Below are positions 49,588 through 60,874 of a DNA stretch of 64,000 nt, one piece after another. The stretch lies in the NCBI GenBank assembly GCA_963743305.1, contig CAVUPH010000030.1:62617-126616 (forward strand), written 5' to 3'. The translations under genes were made by a program, and so were the position numbers. Numbering within the stretch: position 1 is the first letter of the stretch; every line of letters begins with the position of its first letter. The notes beneath the pieces are model-generated. The model searched no databases. It was not told where the DNA came from and saw only the letters and a list, made by a program, of their open reading frames with translations. Source of the DNA: an uncultured delta proteobacterium (lineage in GTDB: Bacteria > Desulfobacterota > RBG-13-43-22).

Positions 49588-51460
49588 TTAAATTAGAATC
49601 TTCGGATTGACCTTTTCCGACTTCCCCTTTTCCCAGGCCTTAGTAAACCGCTCTCGCTGCCCTTCAAAATACTCGCGGTTATCGGGGTCGCCCGCCAGGA
49701 TTTCTTCCACAATCCGCAGCGACAGGTCCGGCCGGCCGTTGGCCAGGTAGGCCTCGGCCAGGGTGTCCAAAATCGTGGGGTCGGGCTTCAGGGCCGCGGC
49801 CTCCTGGGCCAGGGCCAGGGCCTTCTCGGGCTTAAAATACTTGGGATCCCGGCTGGTGGCGTACATCCAGGCCAGGTTATTCAGCACCAGGGCATTCCGG
49901 GGCTCTTTTTTTAAAACCTTTTCATAGGCCGCTTCGGCCTCGCCGTAGCGCTTCTGCTCTTGGTAAATGAGGCCCAGGCCCGACAGGATCCGGGGGTCTT
50001 CCGGCCGGACCCGCAGTTCCCTGGTCAGCAGCTTTTCCAGGATTTGGACCTCCCCCTGTCCCCCGGAAGTAATAAGGCCGGGGGAGCGCCAGACAGAGGC
50101 CCCCAAGCCGATCAGCAAGACCAGGTAGATCCCCACGGACCAATAGAACTTTCTTCTGGTGCCGCGCGATGATTTGGGGCTCCCGGCTGCTTTTTTCCAG
50201 AAAATCCACCCGCTGAGCGATGCTGTAATGGTGCCAACTGGGCAGATGACGGTCCTGGCCGGAGTACAACCCGATTTTTTCCAGGGAACCGACTAAGGGG
50301 TCGGGAGACCCTAAAAGCTGCAGCGCGTAGAGGTCGGCCTGACGCTCGAAATTGCGCATAAAATAGCCGAAGAGAAAACGGAAATAAAGGACCAGGAAAA
50401 TGGCCAGGGGGACCATGGACAGCAGGGAAAAAAGTCCCTCGAAATGGGATTGCCAGTGCATCAGCAGCTTCAGGATCTCCGGCTGGGTCAACAAGTGCCG
50501 GCTGACCCACTGATAAAAAAGCAGGGCCAGCAAAGCATAGCCTCCGAAAAAAAGGAGATAAAAAAACATATGCTGCTTACGAATGTGGCCGATCTCGTGG
50601 GCCACCACCCCTTTCAGTTCTTCCGGAGTGAGCAGTTGGAGCAAAGACGGGGTAATCAGGAGGTAGCGAAACCTTTTGATTAAGCCCATGACCCCGGCGG
50701 TCAACATCTGACCTTCAAACACCCGCCAGAGCAGTATCTCCTGAAAGGGGGCCCCCAGTTCCCGGCAGAAACGGCTGATTTCTTCTTTCTTAGGACTCTC
50801 GGGAATGGGCCGGCACTGCCACCAGACCTTGATCAGATAGGGCAAAAATATAGACATCAGCAACAAAAAAACCAGAATATAGGAAATCTCGCCCAGCGGA
50901 TGGTCCAGGAAGGTCCTGACTTGGGCCCCGCCGAACCTCTCCAGCACATCCGTCAGCGCGGTGATCAGGATCCAGGGAAAAAGGATGGGCAAATTGAACT
51001 CGAACTGGGACCAGACATAGGCGCCCTGACCCTGGGCGACATGAAAGAGCGTCCGGTAAGCCGGGAAGCCGTAATACCAGATCAGGGAAAGGTGGGCCAG
51101 ATAGACGGAAATCCCCAGCACGCCCTCCCAGGAGGAAAACTGCCGGGCCCCGGGAACCAACAGGATCAGGGATTTCAGGTTTAAGAAATAAACTTCCGTG
51201 CCGAAAAACAGCAGGGACAAAATCATGAACTGCTGCTGGGCCCGCTGGTAACGAATTTGAGTCAGGTAAGGGTCGACCGCTTCACCTTGGGCCAGACGCC
51301 CCAATTGTCTGAAACGACGGTGTACTTCAAAACCAAAGAACGTCCCCAGCAGGAGGATCCCCAAAGTGGACATCCACAATCCGGGGATCGTCAGCCGATC
51401 GGCCGTCCCCGTGTGAAAGATGAACAGGGCCAGCATGAAGTAGATGATGTTAAGGAACAT
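49588..51460 (-). CDS. M48 family zinc metalloprotease with C-terminal TPR; frameshift near 50140
   Basis: AHEIGH, ERQAD, HYSIAQR; LNNLAW, DTLAEAY TPR motifs. Confidence 0.9.
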
Positions 51461-51560
51461 AGGCTGAGATTGGCTTTCTCGTTCAAAGATGCTGGAATCT
51501 TATCCTAACACCTTAGATAGTGGTTTCTATTACAGCCAAAAAAAATGAAATTTTTTTTGG

Positions 51561-51987
51561 CTAGATACTATGCCACATATAGATCAATAAAAAGAGGCCT
51601 ATCGAGGTAATGGACAGGGTCAAGAGAATATCCAAAATCAAAGAGGGATGGTAGGTGTCGTCATCGATCTGCTTTTCGGTGCGCTTGTAGCGGATAAAGG
51701 CCAGGACCCCCATCAAGGCTCCCAGGGCGATCAGCATCAGACCAAAAATGGAGGAATATCCCGGGGAGACCGCTAAGCGGATGAGGGGATTTTGCACCGG
51801 TCGAGGAGGCCTGTCCCAAAAAATAACCCATCTGCTTCACAAATAGCCCGAATTTTTCCACTACGAACCCGAAGGCCATAATGCCGATGCTGGTTCGAAT
51901 CCAGGCCAGAAAGGTTCGTTCGTTGGCCATGTGAACACGCCGGTTTTGAACTCGAACTTTCTTTAGTTCGATATTTTTTTTAGTCAT
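51561..51987 (-). CDS. YidH/DUF202 membrane protein; frameshift near 51800
   Basis: [19 protein letters not shown]. Confidence 0.88.
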
Positions 51988-52009
51988 CCCTTCTTTCTTC
52001 CTCCTACTT

Positions 52010-52079
52010 CGATTCCGGAATCCAGGCCCCAGTTAAGCCTCACAGGACCTGGAGGCCGGATCGAGCCCGGCCTGACGGC
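52010..52079. repeat. Degenerate CGTC-type REP doublet
   Basis: ccggaatccagg...ctggaggccggatcgagcccggcctgacg. Confidence 0.55.
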
Positions 52080-52141
52080 AAAAAACTAAGGCCTAAAAAG
52101 CAGTGATAGATTCCTATATACATTCAAACCCCCGAGGCGAA

Positions 52142-54688
52142 TCACTGCTGCCAGAGAATATGAACGGCCTCCAGGGGAACCGCCACCCCTGGATAGTGGG
52201 GTATCAGGCGGGCCGTATAGTCCGTGGCCGGGCGGTCCGCAGGGACCGCGGCCCGGTAAACATAGCCGCCGGCTGCGCCCGTCAGCGGGCGAAGGCGCTT
52301 CATCTTCTGCCGCACCGGGCCGTCGTGGTTGGCGCCTAGGGCATAGAGCTCGACCGCTACGGCCTGCGGATCGAGATCATCGAGATATATTTGAATGTCA
52401 AAAATGAGCTGCTCCCCGCCGGATTCCACTTTCACCTCCCCAAAGCGCAGCGAGACCCAATGCTGTTTCAGGGCCTGCTGCCACTCGACCACCTGCCGGC
52501 CCACTGCACCCTGATCGGCAGCACGCGCACGAAAGACGGCCGCGGCCGGGAGATAGTGTTGCTCGGTATATTCGCGCACCGTGCGGTTGGCGGAGAACCG
52601 GGGCGTCAACTGCGCCATGCTCTCTCGGACCCGGGCCACCCAGGCCGTGGGGATACCGTTCTCATCGCGGGCATAAAATTCGGGGATGACCTCCCGTTCG
52701 AGCAGATCGTAAAGGGTTTCGGCTTCGGCCGCGTCCCAGGCCGGATCGCCGTCACGTTCCCGGCCGTCCCCCAAGGCCCACCCCACTTCCGGCCGGTAGG
52801 CCTCCGCCCACCAGCCGTCGAGCTCGGAAAGATTGAGGCCGCCATTGACGAGCACCTTCATGCCGCTGGTCCCGCAGGCCTCCCACGGCCGCCGGGGGGT
52901 ATTGATCCAGACATCCACTCCCTGCACCAATTGCCCGGTTAAGAGCATGTCGTAGTCGCTCAGAAAGATCACCTGGTTATGGACCTCGTCTCTCCGGATA
53001 AATTGCATCCACTCCTGAATCATGGCCTGTCCGATCCGATCGGCCGGATGGGCCTTGCCGGCCAGGATCAGTTGCACGGGGCGCCGGGAATCGGTCAGGA
53101 TACGCCGGAGTCTCTCCGGATCGTGCAGCAGCAGGTTGGGTCGCTTGTAGGAGGCAAAGCGCCGGGCAAAGCCCAGCGTCAAGGCGTTGGGGTCAAAAAG
53201 ATGTTTCGCACCTTCCACCTCCTCGGGTGACGCGCCCGCGGCCTCCAGTTGCCGGGATAGTCGCTCCCGGACATATTCAATCAGAGACTGGCGGGCGGAG
53301 GCCCGGCATTCCCAGAGTCGGGTATCGGGCAGAACGCGCATGTCTTCCTCCAGGTTCTCCAAGGTTCCCAGCCAGCGGTCTTTCCCGCAAGATCCGGTCC
53401 AGAGGGCATCGGTCTCTTCCGAATCCCAACTGGACATATGCACCCCGTTGGTCACGTGTCCCACCGGCACTTCGTCCTCCGGCCAGCGCGGGAAAATCCC
53501 CTGAAAGAGGCGCCGACTCACTTGTCCGTGCAAACGGCTGACTCCATTGGCCGCCCCGCTGCCTCGCAAGGCCAGATAAGCCATATTGAAAGGTTCCGAG
53601 GAATCGTTCGGGTTTCGACGGCCCAGGGCCAGTAGCTCCTGCAGCGAGATGCCCAGTTTATTTTGAGCGTACCAGCCGAGATAACGTTCCATCAGGTCCG
53701 GGGGAAAATAGTCAAAACCGACGCTAACCGGCGTATGGGTGGTAAAGAGGTTTCCCGCCCGGGTGACGGCCAAGGCGACTTCGAAAGGTTGCCCGGTCTC
53801 TTCCATAAAGGCTCGCGCCCGTTCCAGCACGGCGAAGGCCGCATGCCCTTCGTTTAGATGGCAGACTTCGGGCTGGAGGCCGAGGGCCTCCAGCAGACGC
53901 CATCCGCCGATGCCCAGGACCAACTCTTGATTGAGGCGCAACTCCGGGCCGCCTCCGTACAATTCACTGGTGATCCCCCGCCGGGACGGAAAATTGGCCG
54001 GATCATTGCTGTCCAGCAGATACAGCTTCACCCGCCCCACCTGGACCTCCCAGGCCCGCAGCCAGACCGAGTAACCGGGCAGGGTCAGCTCCAGCCGCAG
54101 CCACTCCCCGTTCGGTTCGCGCAGGGGCCTGATCGGCAACTGGCCGGGGTCGTTGTAGGGAAAGAGGGCCTGCTGGGCCCCGTCCCGGTCGATGACCTGA
54201 CGGAAATAGCCCTGCTGGTAAAGCAGTCCCACGCCGAACACCGGCACACCTAAATCACTGGCGGTTTTGAGTTGATCGCCGGCCACGTTGCCCAGCCCTC
54301 CCGAATAGATGGGCAGCGCTTCGCTCAACATGAACTCCATACTGAAATAAGCGACCCCCGTCAGCGGGGCGAACGAATGGTTTTGTTGAAACCAGGCGGA
54401 AGACTCTTCCCGCTGGCGCTTGTCTCGTAAGAGTTCATCCACCTTTTTACGAAAAACGGGTTCCGCCAAGGCCCGCTGGAGCTGGTCCCGGGAGATCGTT
54501 TGCAGGACGACCCAGGGATTATAGGTGAGTTGCCAGAGCGCGGGATCAAGCTGCTGCCAGACTTCATCGGCCGAGTGATTCCAGTACAAATGCAGATCCA
54601 ACGCCAACTCGGCCAAAGAATCGAAACCTTCGACTTCGATAGGAAAAAAAGTGTAAATCGGGCTGCTGACCCTTTGGGGCTTGTCCAT
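52142..54688 (-). CDS. glgP: Alpha-glucan (glycogen/maltodextrin) phosphorylase
   Basis: YSGGLG, HLNEGH, FTTHTP, ARRFASYKR, EACGTSGMK, LDGWW. Confidence 0.95.
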   Translation of the reverse strand: MDKPQRVSSPIYTFFPIEVEGFDSLAELALDLHLYWNHSADEVWQQLDPALWQLTYNPWVVLQTISRDQLQRALAEPVFRKKVDELLRDKRQREESSAWFQQNHSFAPLTGVAYFSMEFMLSEALPIYSGGLGNVAGDQLKTASDLGVPVFGVGLLYQQGYFRQVIDRDGAQQALFPYNDPGQLPIRPLREPNGEWLRLELTLPGYSVWLRAWEVQVGRVKLYLLDSNDPANFPSRRGITSELYGGGPELRLNQELVLGIGGWRLLEALGLQPEVCHLNEGHAAFAVLERARAFMEETGQPFEVALAVTRAGNLFTTHTPVSVGFDYFPPDLMERYLGWYAQNKLGISLQELLALGRRNPNDSSEPFNMAYLALRGSGAANGVSRLHGQVSRRLFQGIFPRWPEDEVPVGHVTNGVHMSSWDSEETDALWTGSCGKDRWLGTLENLEEDMRVLPDTRLWECRASARQSLIEYVRERLSRQLEAAGASPEEVEGAKHLFDPNALTLGFARRFASYKRPNLLLHDPERLRRILTDSRRPVQLILAGKAHPADRIGQAMIQEWMQFIRRDEVHNQVIFLSDYDMLLTGQLVQGVDVWINTPRRPWEACGTSGMKVLVNGGLNLSELDGWWAEAYRPEVGWALGDGRERDGDPAWDAAEAETLYDLLEREVIPEFYARDENGIPTAWVARVRESMAQLTPRFSANRTVREYTEQHYLPAAAVFRARAADQGAVGRQVVEWQQALKQHWVSLRFGEVKVESGGEQLIFDIQIYLDDLDPQAVAVELYALGANHDGPVRQKMKRLRPLTGAAGGYVYRAAVPADRPATDYTARLIPHYPGVAVPLEAVHILWQQ

Positions 54689-54856
54689 AGGTTGTCCTCC
54701 TCTCCAGGGGCTTGCTCCGGTTTCTCTCAGACGTCTTCCTTGGTGGTCAGGCGCTCCGCCCGCCGGGTCCGCGAGCCGCGCGACCAGGGGCCGGCGCGTC
54801 CCTCCTGAACGGCGTTATTTCCAAATTAAAAACCTGAAAATATATTTCCTCGGGCG

Positions 54857-56221
54857 TTATTCGAGATTGGCTAGAGTCTCCGGTATCAGGTTGGAAAGAG
54901 CAGGAAATATGTGCATACAATCGATGATGGAATTTACGTCTTGACGGTTGATCAGCGCGTTGACCACTTCCTGGATCAGCAGGGCCGCCTGAGGACCAAT
55001 AATATGAAACCCCAGAATCCTCCCCGTACCCTTTTCCACGATCGCCTTGGCAAATCCTTCCTTTTCGGCCATGGCCTCCCCCATCACCGTATCGGAATAT
55101 CGGGCCCGGCCCACCAGGATTTCGTGATCCTTTCGGGCCTGCTCCTCCGTCAAACCGATCGAAGCAATTTGCGGATGAGTAAAAACCGCATGGGGGACGT
55201 TTTCGAAATCCATTCTGATCTTTTTCCTGTGGGTGGCATTGTGCCAGGCCAATTCGGCTTCCCGGTCTCCGGCATGGGTAAACATCGCCCGGCCGATAGC
55301 ATCCCCCAGGGCCCAGATGTGCTTTTTGTTGGTCTGAAGGGTGCTGTCCACCCTGATGAAATGGTGCGGGTCGGTCTCTAACCCGGCGTTTTCAACCTTT
55401 AGCCTGTCGGCGTTGGATTTTCTGCCGGCCGACACGAAGAGCGCTTCTGCGGCGATTTCTCTTTTCTTTCCGCTGCGCAGGTCCTTGGCCAGCACCCGAT
55501 ACCCTCGGTCGGTCTTTCTTACTTCCTGGGGTTCGACCCCCAAATGCAGATCAATGGAATTTTCCATTTCCTTCTTTAACAATTCGGAGATTTCCGGCTC
55601 TTCCCCGGGCAGGAAGGTCGAATGCCGGTGCAGGATGGCGACTTTGGTGCCCAGGACCGAAAAGAAATGGGCGTACTCCAGGCCGACATATCCACCGCCG
55701 ATAAAGATCAGGCTCTCCGGCCTTTTCTTCAATTCCAGCACGTTCTCATTGGTCAGAACCTGAGTCGGTTCCAGCCCTTTGATCAAGGGGATCGAGGGAC
55801 GCGCGCCGCTGGCAATAAAAATCTTTTTCCCCCGTACTTCTTGACCTCCCACTTCGAGGGTGTGCTGATCGGTAAAATGACCTTCGCCGTTCAACCAGTC
55901 AAGATTTTCCGATTCTTCCAGAGCCGTTCTAATCCCGATTTTGCCGCCGCTAACGGCTGTTCTCATCCGCTCCATGATGGCCTGGAAGTCGATCCGCTTG
56001 ATGGGTGCCTGAACCCCAAATTGGGTCGCTTCCCGGATCTCCAGAATTTTATCGGCGGTATGGATCAGCGTTTTCGAAGGCACACAGCCGAAATTAAGAC
56101 AAGTCCCCCCCACCGGCCCCTTATCGACCAGAGCCACCTTTCGTCCTTGGGCGACGGCTTTAAAAACAATTCCCAGACCGACATCTCCGCCACCAATGAC
56201 AATAACATCATAGTTTTTCAT
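54857..56221 (-). CDS. Class I pyridine nucleotide-disulfide oxidoreductase (LpdA/mycothione reductase-like)
   Basis: GGTCLNFGCVPSK, GGGYVGLE, ALGD, HIFPALS. Confidence 0.9.
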   Translation of the reverse strand: MKNYDVIVIGGGDVGLGIVFKAVAQGRKVALVDKGPVGGTCLNFGCVPSKTLIHTADKILEIREATQFGVQAPIKRIDFQAIMERMRTAVSGGKIGIRTALEESENLDWLNGEGHFTDQHTLEVGGQEVRGKKIFIASGARPSIPLIKGLEPTQVLTNENVLELKKRPESLIFIGGGYVGLEYAHFFSVLGTKVAILHRHSTFLPGEEPEISELLKKEMENSIDLHLGVEPQEVRKTDRGYRVLAKDLRSGKKREIAAEALFVSAGRKSNADRLKVENAGLETDPHHFIRVDSTLQTNKKHIWALGDAIGRAMFTHAGDREAELAWHNATHRKKIRMDFENVPHAVFTHPQIASIGLTEEQARKDHEILVGRARYSDTVMGEAMAEKEGFAKAIVEKGTGRILGFHIIGPQAALLIQEVVNALINRQDVNSIIDCMHIFPALSNLIPETLANLE

Positions 56222-56277
56222 GGTTCGGCCCTTTCACTGTTGCGGCCTTCCTGGCGAAACAAAAGGACGATTTCCAA

Positions 56278-56330
56278 GCGGATGGGTCCTCAGGGCCGCA
56301 ATGATCCGACCCCTAAGCCACCCATCCGTT
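56278..56330. repeat. Intergenic palindrome
   Basis: gcggatgggt...acccatccgt. Confidence 0.5.
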
Positions 56331-56355
56331 TCGGGTGGAGCGCTAAAGGTTCCGG

Positions 56356-56610
56356 TTAGCCGGCGGTTTTAACGTTGGCTACCAACTGGGCAATCTGCAT
56401 CCCCAAACTGACACATTGCTTGCCTTCCATGCAGGTATCGGCATCGATCGGTTCCAGATAGGTTTTAAGATGATGGGCATCCTTATCCAGATCCACTGTC
56501 CAGGCCTTCTTGGCCTCATCAAAGTCCACCTTGACCTCGATACCGCACTCCCCCATTTCAGGATAAAGGGATCTGATTCGATCACACAACTCTTTTTTGT
56601 CATGCATGGC
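56356..56610 (-). CDS. Small conserved hypothetical protein
   Basis: AGGAGG RBS; YPE.GECGI...CMEGKQCVSLG. Confidence 0.8.
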   Translation of the reverse strand, partial: AMHDKKELCDRIRSLYPEMGECGIEVKVDFDEAKKAWTVDLDKDAHHLKTYLEPIDADTCMEGKQCVSLGMQIAQLVANVKTAG

Positions 56611-56691
56611 ATACTCCTCCTTGGTGTGGTTTTAAGATACCAGTGTAAGGAAAATCGCGCTATTTTGCAACCTCCGTTTCTCAACTCGAAT

Positions 56692-59172
56692 TCAAATATT
56701 CCCCGGGCTGTTGGCCGCGGTGCTGTTAATTCTCAGGGTATTGGCGACCACGGTCAGGCTGCTGGCAAACATGGCCAGAACGGCGATCAAAGGATTCAAC
56801 CAGCCGGTCAGGGCCAGGGGAATTCCCAGCAGATTATAAAAAAAAGCGAAGAGCAGGTTTTGTCGAATAATCCTAAAACTCACCCTGGCCAGGTGAAACA
56901 CCTCCTGGATCCCGAGGGGATCAGGGGTTAAAAGCGTAATATCCGCGGCCTCCGATAAGATTCCGGCCCTGGTTCCCAGGGCAAAACCCACGTCGGCCTG
57001 GGCCAGGGCCGCGGCGTCGTTAAGTCCGTCTCCGACCATGCCCACCCGATGTCCTTTCTGCTGGAGTTCCTTAATGAGGCGGACCTTATCCTGGGCCTGG
57101 GCCTGGCCGATATAGGGGTCTATAGCCAGTTCCCGGGCCAGGGCGGCGGTAGTCTCCAGAGAGTCACCCGAAACCAGCCAGGTCCCAAAACCTTTTTCTT
57201 GAAGACCCGAAACGGCCTCACGGGCCGTATTCTTGAGCGTATCCCCAAAAGCCAGTAATCCTCGAACCTGTTCCGCCCAGCCGAAGAAAACGACCGTCGC
57301 GCCCTGGCTCGACAGAGTCCTGGCCTGCGGCTCAAGAGTCGCGGGAAATCTCAGCCCCTGAGACTGCATCAGATTTCGATTCCCGATGATCACCTCCAGG
57401 CCGGCAATCACCCCGCGGACCCCGAAACCGGGGAGTGCCTTAAAATCCTTCACTTCCTCCGGGCTAAGGGAAAACTCCCGGGACTGGTTTTGAATCTCCC
57501 GGGCCAGAAAGTGATCGGAAAAGGCCTCAACCGAAGCAATTTTTTGCCAGGCCTCCTGCGGCGAGCCTTCGAGGCAAACCATTTCCCGAAAGGAAAATCG
57601 ACCTTCGGTTAAGGTCCCGGTCTTGTCGAAGATCAAGACATCCAATTTTCTTATTTTTTCCAGAGCCGCCGGATCGCGGATGAGAATTCCTTTTCTGCGG
57701 CCCACGCCGATGGCCGCCACTTTGGCCAGCGGGGTGGCAATCCCCAAGGCACAGGGGCAGGAAATGACCAGTATCGTGACGGCCCGCAGCAGGCTTTCCT
57801 CCAGCGAATAACCGCCAGAGGCCAGTACCAGAGCGGTTCCCGCGGCTAAAGCCAAGAGAGCAGGTACGATCCAGCGGGTCAACCGATCGGCCAAAAGTTC
57901 GACCGCGGTCTTCCTGGACAGGCCCTCCTGCATCAAAGTTATGATCTGACCGATGGAACTTTCCGCTCCCACGCGGGTGGCCCGCATACTCAGCGGGTGG
58001 TCAAGGACTAAAGCGCCGGCCCGGACCTCCTCATCGAGCCCTCTTTTTATCGGCCGCGACTCACCGGTCAAATAGGATTCGTCCAGTTTAGCCCGTCCCA
58101 AAAGGACCCGGCCGTCTACGGGGACCCTTTCCCCGGCCAGGACCCGAAAATCGTCGCCGGGTCTGACCTCCTCGGCCGCTCGCCATTCTTCCCCTCTTTC
58201 GGTCAAGAGGCGCACTTTTTGATTAGCCAGTTGATAGAGTTCCATCAGACCTTGGGAGATTTTTTCTCTGGCCTGGGCCTCCAGGTACTTTCCCAGCAGG
58301 ACCAAAACGATCAGCATCGCGGCCGTATCGAAATAAAGGTGCAGGCTGCCTCGACCCATCTGGACCAGGCTGTAAAAATAGGCTGACAGGGCGCCGAGGG
58401 AAATAAGGACTTCCATGGTGGGATTTCCATGGCGCAATCCGGCCAGGGCCTTTTTAAAAATGGGAAAGCCCCCGTAAATCAGTACCGGGGTGGCCAGGAT
58501 CCACAAGGGGTAGGAGAGATAGCCAATGGCCTCCTTCCCCAGGTCCTGAAAAAAACCGCCGTCAAGGGCCAGGGAGATCATCATCACCTGGACCGTCAGA
58601 ATGGAAGAAATGCCCAGACGCTGTTGTACTCTTTTTCTTTCCCCTGAGGCCTCCGCCGGATCCTGAAAGGAAGAGGACCGATATCCCAGCTTGGAAATCC
58701 GGTCCCGGATTTCTTCTATCGTCACCTGATGAGGGAGGTATTTAATCCGGACCAGATCGGAGGCAAAGAGGGCCTTGACCTCGAGCACTCCCCGAGTCCG
58801 CGGCAATACCCTTTCAATCAACCAGGAACAAGCGCTACACCACATCCCCTCTAATTTTAAGCTCAATTCTTTGGCCAGCGCTTCTTCCAGACCGGAAACG
58901 TTCAAGGCTGGCGGACCTGCTTCCCCGCCTTGAGCCGGGCTTTGTTCCCGCGCTTCATCTTTCCGGCCGATCAGGTCAGCGGCCGCACAGAGACGATAAA
59001 GGTCTGAATTTTTCAGGTCGCCGGGAAGACCCCCGGGAAGACTGGTCAGCAGTTGAAAGACCTGCCGGCAGCCGAAACAGCAGAAATGGAAAACCGCGGT
59101 TCCCCGCCTTTCCTCTACTTCTGAACGACCGACCGGCAAACCGCATAAGCGACATTCCGCTTCAGGACTCAT
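56692..59172 (-). CDS. ccoI: P1B-type heavy-metal ATPase (CcoI/FixI-like)
   Basis: N-terminal CRLC/FCCFGC, GMWCSAC, TGES, CPCALG, DKTGT, GDGLND. Confidence 0.92.
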   Translation of the reverse strand: MSPEAECRLCGLPVGRSEVEERRGTAVFHFCCFGCRQVFQLLTSLPGGLPGDLKNSDLYRLCAAADLIGRKDEAREQSPAQGGEAGPPALNVSGLEEALAKELSLKLEGMWCSACSWLIERVLPRTRGVLEVKALFASDLVRIKYLPHQVTIEEIRDRISKLGYRSSSFQDPAEASGERKRVQQRLGISSILTVQVMMISLALDGGFFQDLGKEAIGYLSYPLWILATPVLIYGGFPIFKKALAGLRHGNPTMEVLISLGALSAYFYSLVQMGRGSLHLYFDTAAMLIVLVLLGKYLEAQAREKISQGLMELYQLANQKVRLLTERGEEWRAAEEVRPGDDFRVLAGERVPVDGRVLLGRAKLDESYLTGESRPIKRGLDEEVRAGALVLDHPLSMRATRVGAESSIGQIITLMQEGLSRKTAVELLADRLTRWIVPALLALAAGTALVLASGGYSLEESLLRAVTILVISCPCALGIATPLAKVAAIGVGRRKGILIRDPAALEKIRKLDVLIFDKTGTLTEGRFSFREMVCLEGSPQEAWQKIASVEAFSDHFLAREIQNQSREFSLSPEEVKDFKALPGFGVRGVIAGLEVIIGNRNLMQSQGLRFPATLEPQARTLSSQGATVVFFGWAEQVRGLLAFGDTLKNTAREAVSGLQEKGFGTWLVSGDSLETTAALARELAIDPYIGQAQAQDKVRLIKELQQKGHRVGMVGDGLNDAAALAQADVGFALGTRAGILSEAADITLLTPDPLGIQEVFHLARVSFRIIRQNLLFAFFYNLLGIPLALTGWLNPLIAVLAMFASSLTVVANTLRINSTAANSPGNI

Positions 59173-59260
59173 AACGCCAAAATCCCGTCGGCTCTAAGCG
59201 GCCGGGCGCGAGTGGCGGGAGTCTGGTTTTTCTTTGGACCCGGCACCTTGAACCCTCAGC

Positions 59261-59974
59261 TTAAACCAGGAGCTTCGCGCCCTGGTAGATCAGGATCAGC
59301 CCCATAAAAATAACGGAAAAAGCAGCCACGCGTTCCCCGATAAGTCTCGTCCGCAGGGTGAACAGGGAAGTGGAGATCCCCAGGCCCAAAAGAGCGGGTA
59401 CCGTGCCCAGGCCAAAAGCCACCATGGTCATAAAGCCTTCCGCCATATTTCCCGTGGTGGCGGCCTTGATGAGCAGGGAACAGGATAGGCAGCAGGGCAG
59501 GAGCCCGCTGGCCAGTCCCAGGGCCATCTTGGAAGCTGAACCGGGAGATTGAAACAGGAAAGGAAGGAGGCGGCTCCAGAGGGAACGAGGCGTCAGGGAA
59601 AATCGGGCCAAAAGACCCGGCAGGGGAATGACCCTCAGGAAGACCATTCCCAACAGCGTAATCAGGAACCCCCCGGCCAGGATGACCCCGCCGCGGATAG
59701 TGAGATGTAAATTGAAGCCGGAGATCGTAAAGAGGCCCGCGGCCAGGCCGCCCAGGATTCCGTAGGTCATCAGCCTGCCGAAATGATAGGCCAGGTGATG
59801 AAAAAATCCTATGGACCAGGGAGAGGAAGCCCAGCCCGCGGCCCGGGGTTCCAGGCTTTTAATGTGCACCGAATAGGCCAGGACCAGGGGGCCGCACATC
59901 CCCAGACAATGCAGGCTGCCGAACAATCCGATCAGGAACGGGGCCAGGAGCTCGATAATCCAGGGAGCGTCCAT
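59261..59974 (-). CDS. DsbD_2/TauE-like membrane protein for cbb3 maturation
   Basis: SLHCLGMCGP, YHFGR, GLLPC, FGLGT. Confidence 0.88.
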   Translation of the reverse strand: MDAPWIIELLAPFLIGLFGSLHCLGMCGPLVLAYSVHIKSLEPRAAGWASSPWSIGFFHHLAYHFGRLMTYGILGGLAAGLFTISGFNLHLTIRGGVILAGGFLITLLGMVFLRVIPLPGLLARFSLTPRSLWSRLLPFLFQSPGSASKMALGLASGLLPCCLSCSLLIKAATTGNMAEGFMTMVAFGLGTVPALLGLGISTSLFTLRTRLIGERVAAFSVIFMGLILIYQGAKLLV

Positions 59975-59983
59975 ATCCTCTCC

Positions 59984-60544
59984 TCAGCGGCTAGCGGTCG
60001 GTTGGAAACCCGTCCGGCCCCCTTCGGTTTTTTCTTTAGCCCGGGCCCTCAGATAATGGATGACGGCCCAGCGGTCTTCCGCGCTGATGGTGGCATACAA
60101 GGGGGGTTGTCTCTTCTGGCCCAGACTGATCTTGTAAAACAGTTCTCCGTCGCTCTGCGTCTGCACTTTGGGATCCAAAAGATAGGTGGGTAAAGGATAA
60201 AAGCTTTGACCCACCGTGGCCTTCCCGTCGAACCCGGGGCCATGACAGTGCACACAGAAATAGAGATAACTTCTTTTTCCCTGGCCGACAATAGCCGGGG
60301 TCATCGGCAATGGGTTGACCCATTGTTTAGGGTTTGATCTTCTCAAGGTCTCGATGCCCCCGCCCAGCGGGATGGTTCCTGTGGGCATGATCGGCAGGGA
60401 AAGCTGAAAGGTATTGATGGCTTCGTCATCCCTCATCCGGCCGTAGTAGTTGCTGATCAGGATGGAAAGGAAAAACAAAGAAAAAGCCAAAAGACCCGTA
60501 ACCAGACCGGTGATTAAGAAGGCTTTTCTCCCCGACATGGTCAC
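59984..60544 (-). CDS. Membrane-anchored monoheme cytochrome c
   Basis: CVHCHG, DGELFYKI, RWAVIHYL. Confidence 0.88.
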   Translation of the reverse strand: MTMSGRKAFLITGLVTGLLAFSLFFLSILISNYYGRMRDDEAINTFQLSLPIMPTGTIPLGGGIETLRRSNPKQWVNPLPMTPAIVGQGKRSYLYFCVHCHGPGFDGKATVGQSFYPLPTYLLDPKVQTQSDGELFYKISLGQKRQPPLYATISAEDRWAVIHYLRARAKEKTEGGRTGFQPTASR

Positions 60545-60810
60545 CGTCCTCCCCGTCCGCCGTTTTTTTCGGTCTTACCGCTCGGGCCCAGCACATGTTG
60601 TCGCCGAATCCCTTCCCCTTCTTCCGACGGGGCCGTACCGGCCTGTTTTTCAGCCTCCCGGACCGAATAGACCGACTGGCCGGGTACGTCGGGAATCGTC
60701 CCATAACGCCAGGGCGGCGGCCAACTGACCCCCACGGTGTAAAAAATAAAGAGTCCCCAGCCTAAAAAGGCCAGGGCCACGGCCAGTACGATGACCCAAC
60801 TCCTGGCCAT
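60541..60810 (-). CDS. Small membrane protein
   Basis: AAGGAGG RBS; one TM followed by PPPWRYG. Confidence 0.65.
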   Translation of the reverse strand: MARSWVIVLAVALAFLGWGLFIFYTVGVSWPPPWRYGTIPDVPGQSVYSVREAEKQAGTAPSEEGEGIRRQHVLGPSGKTEKNGGRGGR

Positions 60811-60874
60811 TGATCCCTCCTTTTCCGGGGGAACAGCGGCCTGACTTTTGTCGATCAGGTTATTGGCCTTCAGG

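Noticed and set aside
54857-56221. Mercuric reductase MerA
   Set aside because: No C-terminal Cys-Cys pair, no N-terminal metal-binding domain and no mer genes nearby.
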